64,000 bases of DNA from Alphaproteobacteria bacterium (GTDB lineage Bacteria > Pseudomonadota > Alphaproteobacteria > UBA828), in contig CBDCQT010000013.1 in NCBI GenBank assembly GCA_965220745.1, positions 448,001 through 512,000 on the forward strand. The letters are read 5' to 3'. The notes under the pieces were generated by a model. It was given only the letters and a program-made list of their open reading frames with translations, was not told where the DNA came from and ran no database searches. Both the position numbers and the translations under genes were made by a program. Shown here piece by piece: positions 57,151 to 64,000 of the stretch (positions within the stretch are counted from its first letter, which is position 1; each line of letters opens with the position of its first letter).

Positions 57151-58320
57151 CTAAGCCTGCGGAAGTACGTCCTCGGGCGAGTGGGTGAGGGCGACGCAAC
57201 CGAAGAGGCGGGCGGTCGCGGCCGGGTCGGGCTGGATCGCGCGGTAGTAGGCCGCCAGCGTGTCCGTCGGCTTGGCGAAGCGGGCGAGCTGAGCGGTGAA
57301 ATGGTAGTAGGGCAGCAGCCACGCGTCGCGCGCCTCGCCGTAAGAAGCAAGCGCCTCGCCGAGCGGCCGCCGCCCATTGAGCCCATCGTCGGCGGCCTCG
57401 GCCAGCATCTCGGCGCAGCGGAACGCGGTCGAGATGCCCTGCGCAGTAACCGGGTCCTTCTTCATGCCCGCATCGCCGACCAGGGCCCAGCCGGAGCCGG
57501 CCGCCTCGCGCACGAAGGCCCGCGTGCAGCCGGCATGGAAGCCCTCGACCCGCTGGGCACCGGGCAGCATCTCGCTCAGGTCGGGCGCGACCTCGTCGAG
57601 CCTCGCGTGGAACGCGGCCTCCCGGTCGCGGCGGGCGGCCACGAACTCGTCGTGCATCAGGTTGGCAGCCACCAGCACGGTGCCGTCGCTCGCGGGGAAG
57701 CCGAAGGCGCCCTTGCGCTCTCGGATGTAGAGCCTGACGTGGTCGAGCGCGATGCCCTCCCAATAGCTCCAAATGTTGCTCTGCACGACCGGCTCGCACA
57801 GAGACTCTTTCGCGCCGACGCAGCGCGCAACGACCGAGGCGGGCCCATCCGCGCCGATGACCAGGCGTGCGCGCTCGGTTTGCCGCCTGTCGTCCTGGCT
57901 CAAGGTCACGACGCCGGCAACCGCGCCGCTATCCTCGACCAGATCGACCACGCGCGTGCCGTCGCGAAACTCCGCGCCGGAGGCGACGGCCGCCTCCGCC
58001 AGCGTGCCGTCGAGCAGCTGCCGCCGGGGGCCGTAAGACTCGGTCTGGCCGTCTACCGCAGGCGGTGCACCCTCGAGAACGATGCCGTGCAGGTCGACCC
58101 GCCACTCGGTGAAGGGGGTGGCGCGCGCCGCGATCTGCGGCAGTACGCCCCAATCGCACAAATGCGCCACGCCCAGCGGATGAATCAGGTGCGTCGATTG
58201 CCCCATCTCGCTGGGGAAGCGATCGCGGTCGAGCAGCAGCACGCGGTGGCCCTTTCGGGCCAGAAGCATGGCCGTGGGCGCACCCGCGCAGCGGGCGCCG
58301 ACGACGATCGCGTCGTAGAT
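57151..58320 (-). CDS. FAD-dependent oxidoreductase (geranylgeranyl reductase/FixC-like); apparent ATC start codon
   Basis: (I)YDAIVVGARCAGAPTAMLLARKG dinucleotide motif starts at 58320, after AGGAGG; IGADG and LVGDAG..KDPVTAQGI motifs. Confidence 0.85.
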   Translation of the reverse strand: MYDAIVVGARCAGAPTAMLLARKGHRVLLLDRDRFPSEMGQSTHLIHPLGVAHLCDWGVLPQIAARATPFTEWRVDLHGIVLEGAPPAVDGQTESYGPRRQLLDGTLAEAAVASGAEFRDGTRVVDLVEDSGAVAGVVTLSQDDRRQTERARLVIGADGPASVVARCVGAKESLCEPVVQSNIWSYWEGIALDHVRLYIRERKGAFGFPASDGTVLVAANLMHDEFVAARRDREAAFHARLDEVAPDLSEMLPGAQRVEGFHAGCTRAFVREAAGSGWALVGDAGMKKDPVTAQGISTAFRCAEMLAEAADDGLNGRRPLGEALASYGEARDAWLLPYYHFTAQLARFAKPTDTLAAYYRAIQPDPAATARLFGCVALTHSPEDVLPQA

Positions 58321-58338
58321 TGCGCGCCTCCTAAGGCG

Positions 58339-58725
58339 TCAGTCGCACTCGAACGGGGTAACCCAGCCGATGGAGGCGCCGGCGCTGTCCTTGACCACGG
58401 CGAAGCGGCCGACGTCGGGCACGTCGAAGGCCGGACGCATGATCTCGCCACCCGCAGCCTCGACGCCTGCGAGCCGGGCGTCGATGTCGTCCACGGTGAT
58501 GTAGGAGAACCAGTGGTCCGGGACGCCGTCGAAGCCCGTGCCCGGCTTCATCTCGAAGATGCCGGCGGCCATGGTCTCGCCGGCCTTGCAGAGCGAGTAG
58601 GTGCCGCCGTCGGCCATCGGGTGCGACTCGTACTGCCAGCCCAGGGTTTCCCCATAGAACGCCTTCGCCTTGTCGACGTTCCAGGTCATCAGCTCGTTCC
58701 AGAAGAATGTACCGTGTGCCTTCAT
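58339..58725 (-). CDS. VOC/glyoxalase family protein
   Basis: HGTFFWNELMT, AKAFYGETLGW, WFSYITVDD, FDVPDVGRFAVVKD. Confidence 0.9.
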   Translation of the reverse strand: MKAHGTFFWNELMTWNVDKAKAFYGETLGWQYESHPMADGGTYSLCKAGETMAAGIFEMKPGTGFDGVPDHWFSYITVDDIDARLAGVEAAGGEIMRPAFDVPDVGRFAVVKDSAGASIGWVTPFECD

Positions 58726-58801
58726 CGGGATCGCTTTCGCCCTCCGTAGAGATTCCCGGATTGTGTTGACCGCGCCCCGCCCGCACGACGTGGTCCGGGG
58801 A

Positions 58802-60214
58802 TTATAGGTCGGGGGCCCGGGTGTGCCAGTCGGTCGCTTGCTGATAGGCGTGGCCGAGGCGGAAAAGCGTCGCCTCGGAGAACGGGCGCCCCATCAACTG
58901 GAAGGCGGCAGGCAGGCCGCTCTCGGTGAAGCCGCAGGGCACGATCAGGCCGGGGCCGCCGAGGTAGTTGGCAGCGCGGGTGCACGTGCTCAGGCCGGCG
59001 ACCATGGCGGCCATGCGATCGCCGCCGCCGACATTCGTCTCCTCCCGCGTGGGGATGGGGAAGGGGATGGCCGGCGTGTGCAGCGCGTCGACGCCGTCGA
59101 GCGCGGTATTCACGAACTCGCGCAGCAGCCCGGAGCGCGCGGCGAGGGCCTGGATGTACTTGACCGCCGGCACGTGCAGGCCGGGCTCGTAGCGGTTGCG
59201 GACCTGCTCCTGATAGTCCTCGGGCCTGCTGACCAGCCAAGGCTCGTGGATCGCCGCCGCCTCGCTGGAGAGGATGACGTTGGAGAGGTTGTTGATGCGC
59301 TCGATGTCGGGCACCGAGACCTCAACGACCGTGACGCCGCAATCGCGCAGCACGTCGAGGCTCCGTTCCATCAGTGCGCGCACCTCGTCGGTGGCCTGGT
59401 CGTAGAAGTAGCTGGTCGGCACGCCGATCCTGAGGCCTTGCGCGCCCTCCGCCAACGCGGCTTCGTAATCGGGCACGGGCCGGTTGCTGGAGGTCGGATC
59501 GCGCGGGTCGTGGCCTGCGATCACGCTCACGATCCGGGCCGCGTCGCGCGCGGTGCGGGTCAGCGGCCCCACCGTGTCCAGCGTGTGGGAGAGCGGCATG
59601 ATGCCGTGGCGGCTGACCAGGCCGGCGGTCGTCTTGAGTCCGACCACGCCGTTACAGGCCGACGGCAGTCGCACAGAGCCGCCGGTATCGGAGCCGAGCG
59701 CGCCGAAGACCACGCGGCCCGCGACCGCGGAGCCGGAGCCGCTCGACGAGCCGCCGGAGATGTGATCCCGGTTCCAGGGGTTGCGGCAGTCGCCCCAGTG
59801 CTCGTTGTGGCCGGTCGGACCGGTGGCGAACTCCGCCATGTTGAGCCCGCCGAGGTAGATCGCGCCGGCGCCGTGAAGGCGGGCGAGGGCAGTGCTGTCC
59901 TGGTCCGGCACGAAGTCCCTGCGGATGCGCGAGCCGCAGGTGGTGACGTGGCCCGCGCGGTAGAACATGTCCTTGTGAGCGAGCGGCACGCCGTGCAGCG
60001 GGCCCGGCGCCTTGCCCCGCGCGAGCGCGGCATCGGCAGCCGCCGCAGTCTCCAACGCCGCCTCCGCCTGCAGCGAAATGAAGCAGTTGAGCACCGGCTG
60101 GAGCCGCTCGGCACGGGCGACGGTGGCGGTCATCACCTCGACGGCCGAAAGCTGGCGCGTAGCAATGGCGTCGGCGAGCTCGACCAGGCTCAGCAGGTGG
60201 ATGTCGTCGCTCAT
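58802..60214 (-). CDS. Amidase signature family enzyme (GatA/AtzE-like)
   Basis: LHGVPLAHKD, GGSSSGS, GSDTGGSVRLP (Ser-cisSer-Lys triad), GRPFSE. Confidence 0.93.
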   Translation of the reverse strand: MSDDIHLLSLVELADAIATRQLSAVEVMTATVARAERLQPVLNCFISLQAEAALETAAAADAALARGKAPGPLHGVPLAHKDMFYRAGHVTTCGSRIRRDFVPDQDSTALARLHGAGAIYLGGLNMAEFATGPTGHNEHWGDCRNPWNRDHISGGSSSGSGSAVAGRVVFGALGSDTGGSVRLPSACNGVVGLKTTAGLVSRHGIMPLSHTLDTVGPLTRTARDAARIVSVIAGHDPRDPTSSNRPVPDYEAALAEGAQGLRIGVPTSYFYDQATDEVRALMERSLDVLRDCGVTVVEVSVPDIERINNLSNVILSSEAAAIHEPWLVSRPEDYQEQVRNRYEPGLHVPAVKYIQALAARSGLLREFVNTALDGVDALHTPAIPFPIPTREETNVGGGDRMAAMVAGLSTCTRAANYLGGPGLIVPCGFTESGLPAAFQLMGRPFSEATLFRLGHAYQQATDWHTRAPDL

Positions 60215-60215
60215 C

Positions 60216-60416
60216 TCAGCGCGCCGCCGTTTCATCCATGGCGATCTGAATGCGCGACGGCTCGCTTTCGAAGGCGAGCCCGGAGGCCGCGTCGTCGGTC
60301 GCTTGCACCATCAGCTCCACCGCGGCGGCAAGAGCCTTGGCGCGCTCCGGACTCGGCGGTTTGCGCCCCGCCGACACGGCCTGGGCGGCGATGAGTTCGT
60401 CGGAAATCCTGGCCAT
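60216..60416 (-). CDS. Small protein coupled to the amidase (possible GatC/AtzG-like partner)
   Basis: 66 aa helical; LAFESEPS near the C-terminus; stop 1 bp before the amidase ATG. Confidence 0.65.
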   Translation of the reverse strand: MARISDELIAAQAVSAGRKPPSPERAKALAAAVELMVQATDDAASGLAFESEPSRIQIAMDETAAR

Positions 60417-60648
60417 GAGCGGCACCTCGGAGGCGCGGGAGTGCAGGACGGCCCTGTATACAGCACCGGGGCAGGGGTGCAATATGAGTGGGCGTCACCA
60501 TATGGCCGGTGAGGGCAGGGGGCCCCTGCATCGAACCGGGAGCGTGGCAATGGAGCCTTCGGCAGTCGAACGCGACCGCACGCGCCTCTTGGCGAAAGCC
60601 TGCGGCGCGTAGGGCGACGGGCGGGCAAGCATCCACGGCAGGGAGCAG

Positions 60649-61059
60649 ATGATCATGGCAGACAACGAACCGAAGAGGGTCGTTCAGCAGTTCCTGGATG
60701 CGATCAAGGGCGGCGACGGCCAGACCATGATGAGCCTGCTTGCCGAGGACGCGGTGGTGGTCCTGCCGGGCTCGTTCAAGGTCGCGTGGGCGGGCCGCTG
60801 GCAAGGGCGCGAGCCGATCAAGCAGTGCTTCCAGGCGATCGGGGCCCTGCTGGACATCCGCGACCACACGGTGAATCTGATGTTCGGCGAGGGCGAGCAC
60901 GTGATGGTGCTCATCGACGAGACGTCGGCTGCCAAGAACACCGGGCGTCTCCTTCATCAAGAGACGGCCTGGTATTTCCGCATCGTGGACGGCGCCATCG
61001 TGCATTGGCAGGCGTACGAGGACACCGAGCAGATCGCCTGGGTGTGGGACGAGGGCTGA
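60649..61059 (+). CDS. SnoaL/NTF2-like protein
   Basis: VVQQFLDA, LLAEDAV, WAGRWQGRE, FRIVDGAIV..QAYEDT. Confidence 0.85.
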   Translation: MIMADNEPKRVVQQFLDAIKGGDGQTMMSLLAEDAVVVLPGSFKVAWAGRWQGREPIKQCFQAIGALLDIRDHTVNLMFGEGEHVMVLIDETSAAKNTGRLLHQETAWYFRIVDGAIVHWQAYEDTEQIAWVWDEG

Positions 61060-61081
61060 AGACTGCAAGAGGGAGAACCCG

Positions 61082-61426
61082 ATGGATGCTCCGGGCCAGG
61101 TCACGTTGGCCCAGGCGGTGGCGGCCCTCGCCGATGCTCCGGCAGGCGGGCGACCTTACGCCGAGCTGATCAACCGTGGCACGCTTCGGGTCGGCCTCTA
61201 TGCGCCGCGCGGCACCGACCCACAGCAGCCCCACGACCAGGACGAGGTCTACGTAGTCATGAGCGGCCGGGGGACCTTTCGTAACGGGCCGGTGAGCCAT
61301 CCCTTCCAGCCTGGCGATGTGCTGTTCGTGCCCGCCGGTGTGTCGCACGTGTTCGAGGACTTCAGCGACGACCTTTATGTGTGGGTCGTGTTCTACGGCC
61401 CGCACGGCGGCGAGGCCGATAGCTGA
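61082..61426 (+). CDS. Monocupin (cupin_2) protein
   Basis: DPQQPHDQDEVYVVMSG, GDVLFVPAGVSHVFEDFS, WVVFYGP. Confidence 0.9.
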   Translation: MDAPGQVTLAQAVAALADAPAGGRPYAELINRGTLRVGLYAPRGTDPQQPHDQDEVYVVMSGRGTFRNGPVSHPFQPGDVLFVPAGVSHVFEDFSDDLYVWVVFYGPHGGEADS

Positions 61427-61459
61427 GCTTGGTCGGCGGTCGGGCAAGCGGCAGGGGCG

Positions 61460-63742
61460 ATGGCTGACGAGGCGCTGATCCGAACCGAGGCCGCCGCAAG
61501 CGCGGACCCGCGCCCGGCGGGCAGCGCGTTGCGCCAGCGTTTCGTGTCGTGGTTGCAGCGTCCCGATGTGCGGCGCTGGCTCGCCATCGGGCTCGCCTGC
61601 GCCGCGGTGATTTGCGGTGCGATCACCTACGCCACGATGAGCGGCTCGGCGCCGTTCGGCCCCGAGCCCCAGACCATCCTGATTCTCCTCAACATCGACC
61701 TGGTGTTGTTGTTGCTGCTCGGTGCGTTGGTCGCTTCGCAGCTGGTGAAGCTCTGGATGGAGCGCCGCCGCGGGGCAGCCGGCGCGCGCATGCATATCCG
61801 CATGGCGGCGCTGTTCAGCCTCGTGGCTTTGACGCCGACCATCGTCGTCGCCGTGTTCTCGGCGCTCTTTCTCCACTTCGGGATGCAGTCCTGGTTCAGC
61901 GAGAAGGTCTCGACTGCGCTCAACCGCTCTCTGGTCGTCGCGCAGACTTATGTGCAGGAGCAAGGCGACAGCATTCGTATCAGCACCCTGGCTGCGGCCA
62001 TGCAGCTCAACGGTCAGGCCGTTCACCTTGCACGACGCCCTCAGCTCATGCCGCGGCTCCTGAACGATACGGCCAACGCGCTCTCGCTTACCGACGCGGT
62101 TATTCTCCGCCGCAACGGGGATGTCCTGGCCCGCAGCGACCTGGGCCTCGCCGCAGTGATCGATCCCGTACCCGATTGGGCCATGAATGCCGCAGCCGAG
62201 GGGCGCCTCGTGATCCTTCCGGCCGAGGACGACCGCGTGCGTGCGCTGATCAAGCTCGGCGGATTCATCGACAGCTACCTCTATGTGGCACGGTCGCTGC
62301 AACGAGACGTGATCGCTCACACCCGCCAAATCCAGGCCGTGACGAGGGACTACCAGCGCCTCGAGGATGAGCGCTACGGCATCCAAATCACGTTCGTGAT
62401 GATTTTCATCCTGGTCGCTCTTCTTGTCCTGCTCTCAGCGGTGTGGCTCGGGCTCCAATTCGCCAACCGCATCGCCCATCCGATCGGCGGCCTCATCGCG
62501 GCTGCGGACCGGGTTCGCGCCGGCGAGCTTGCTGCGCGTGTCGACGAACCCCCGCAAGACGACGAAATGGGCTCTCTCAGCCGCGCCTTCAATCGGATGA
62601 CCGGTCAAATCCACAGCCAGCAGCAGGAACTGCAAGACGCCAACCTGCAACTGGACGAAAGGCGGCGCTTCACCGAGGCGGTGCTTGCCGGCGTCTCCGC
62701 CGGCGTCATCGGCCTGGATGCAGACGGGCTGATTACGCTGCCCAACCCGTCAGCGCTTGCGTTGCTGGACGCGAGGCAGGACGACCTCTCCGGCCACGCG
62801 TTCCAGGAGGCAGTTCCGGAAATGGCCGACCTGCTGACCCGGGCGCGAACGCTGCCCCAGCCCTTGGTCGAGGATCAGGTCGAATTGGTTCGCGGCGAGC
62901 GCCGCCGCACCTTGCTCGTGCGTATCGTGACCGAACGCGATGGCCAAGAGATCGACGGCTTCGTCGTCACTTTCGACGACATCTCCGCTCTGGTGTCGGC
63001 GCAGCGGCGGGCGGCGTGGGCCGATGTCGCCCAGCGCATCGCCCACGAGATCAAGAATCCTCTGACTCCGATCCAGCTCTCCGCCCAGCGGCTAAAGCGT
63101 CGATATCTCGGCGAGATCAGCACCGAACCGGAAGTGTTCGAGGACTGCACCGACATCATCGTCCGTCAGGTCGGCGACATACGCCAAATGATCGATGCAT
63201 TCTCGTCATTTGCGCGGATGCCGGCACCCATGATCGAACGGGCGGAGCTGACGGGCATCGTCGAGCAAGCAGTCGCCCTGCACCGTCTGGCGAACCCCGA
63301 GATCGCCATCAAGATCGAGCGTCCCGACGACGACGTTCACCTCAACTGCGACGTACACCAGATTGGCCGGGCGCTTACTAACGTGCTGAAGAACGCCGTC
63401 GAAGCGATTGAGAGCCGAGCACCCGACGCCAGCCCACCGGGGCGCATCGTCATTCGCGTGGGTGAAGTCGACCGGCACTGGCGGGTGGAGGTCGAGGACA
63501 ACGGGCCGGGGCTACCCGCCGAGCTGCACGACAGATTGACTGAGCCCTATGTGACCAACCGCGCCGATGGCACGGGCCTCGGCCTCGCCATCGTGCGAAG
63601 GATCATGGAGGATCACGGTGGCCGGTTGATCCTCGAGAACGGGGCCGAAGGCGGAGCCCGTGTCACGCTCGTCTTCGCCGCGATCGGGACAGAGCCCTCC
63701 TTGCCGGCGAGGGGTGAGAGCCAATGGCCCACGATATTCTGA
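61460..63742 (+). CDS. ntrY: NtrY sensor histidine kinase
   Basis: TM segments, HAMP (RAFNRMT), PAS, AWADVAQRIAHEIKNPLTPIQLSA, FSSFARMP, DNGPG, GTGLGL. Confidence 0.93.
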   Translation: MADEALIRTEAAASADPRPAGSALRQRFVSWLQRPDVRRWLAIGLACAAVICGAITYATMSGSAPFGPEPQTILILLNIDLVLLLLLGALVASQLVKLWMERRRGAAGARMHIRMAALFSLVALTPTIVVAVFSALFLHFGMQSWFSEKVSTALNRSLVVAQTYVQEQGDSIRISTLAAAMQLNGQAVHLARRPQLMPRLLNDTANALSLTDAVILRRNGDVLARSDLGLAAVIDPVPDWAMNAAAEGRLVILPAEDDRVRALIKLGGFIDSYLYVARSLQRDVIAHTRQIQAVTRDYQRLEDERYGIQITFVMIFILVALLVLLSAVWLGLQFANRIAHPIGGLIAAADRVRAGELAARVDEPPQDDEMGSLSRAFNRMTGQIHSQQQELQDANLQLDERRRFTEAVLAGVSAGVIGLDADGLITLPNPSALALLDARQDDLSGHAFQEAVPEMADLLTRARTLPQPLVEDQVELVRGERRRTLLVRIVTERDGQEIDGFVVTFDDISALVSAQRRAAWADVAQRIAHEIKNPLTPIQLSAQRLKRRYLGEISTEPEVFEDCTDIIVRQVGDIRQMIDAFSSFARMPAPMIERAELTGIVEQAVALHRLANPEIAIKIERPDDDVHLNCDVHQIGRALTNVLKNAVEAIESRAPDASPPGRIVIRVGEVDRHWRVEVEDNGPGLPAELHDRLTEPYVTNRADGTGLGLAIVRRIMEDHGGRLILENGAEGGARVTLVFAAIGTEPSLPARGESQWPTIF

Positions 63743-64000
63743 TCGTCGACGACGAACCCTACGTTCGCAAATCCATCGCCGGGATCCTGGAGGACGGCGG
63801 CTATATGCCGCGTGATGCCGCCGATGGCGCCGCCGCAATCGAGGCAATCGATTCCGGACCACTGCCGTCACTCGTCATCCTCGACGTCTGGCTGGAGGGA
63901 AGCGAGCTCGACGGAATGGACGTTCTGGACGGGGTTATGCACCGGCATCCCGAAGTACCCGTCATCATGATCAGCGGACACAGCACCATCGATACTGCCG
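63724..64000 (+). CDS. ntrX: NtrX response regulator (partial, runs off window end)
   Basis: MAHDILIVDDE...ILDVWLEGSELDG...PVIMISGH; overlaps the ntrY 3' end. Confidence 0.9.
   Translation, partial: MAHDILIVDDEPYVRKSIAGILEDGGYMPRDAADGAAAIEAIDSGPLPSLVILDVWLEGSELDGMDVLDGVMHRHPEVPVIMISGHSTIDTA

Noticed and set aside
57126-57180. Possible +1 frameshift near the flavoprotein C-terminus (PED-YF in the alternate frame)
   Set aside because: Only a few residues of similarity; a naturally short tail (PEDVLPQA) is equally plausible.
55867-58725. VOC, flavoprotein and cupin genes all share one reading frame, separated by single stops (possible readthrough polyprotein)
   Set aside because: About a 1-in-9 chance by coincidence. 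The flavoprotein has its own strong RBS, and I see no SECIS/PYLIS-like element.
60454-60463. CTGTATACAG palindrome upstream of the catabolic cluster
   Set aside because: A single 10-bp palindrome could be chance or part of a -10 element; no cognate GntR gene nearby.

Overview
High-GC chromosomal window from an alphaproteobacterium, probably Rhodospirillales-like; this is inferred from gene content (mic60-hemY locus, cenR, mmcB, TIGR02300, ntrYX). A core backbone (hisN, purB, aroA-cmk-rpsA-sppA-ihfB-lapA-trpFBA-accD-folC, trxA, gpsA, tsaD, hemCD-mic60-hemY, ntrYX) and five tRNAs (Gln, Ala, two Leu, Thr) are interleaved with accessory catabolic genes. The most notable region lies between tRNA-Thr and ntrY (about 42.4-61.4 kb). 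It holds trehalose genes, two acid-sugar-dehydratase-like enzymes and a co-directional minus-strand cluster. That cluster encodes a small amidase partner, an amidase, a VOC protein, a flavoprotein whose apparent start codon is ATC, a gentisate-dioxygenase-like cupin, a close homolog of the vitamin B6 catabolic FHMPC dehydrogenase, a His-rich LVIVD propeller and a hydantoinase/oxoprolinase A/B pair. It may encode an undescribed variant of pyridoxine/hydroxypyridine degradation. Other features missing from the ORF track include a sphingomyelinase-like gene coupled to a TonB receptor, a remnant of an iodotyrosine-deiodinase-like gene, an AT-rich triple repeat, a candidate LexA box and micro-duplications at gene ends. 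Family calls come from motif recognition by eye; no database searches were run.
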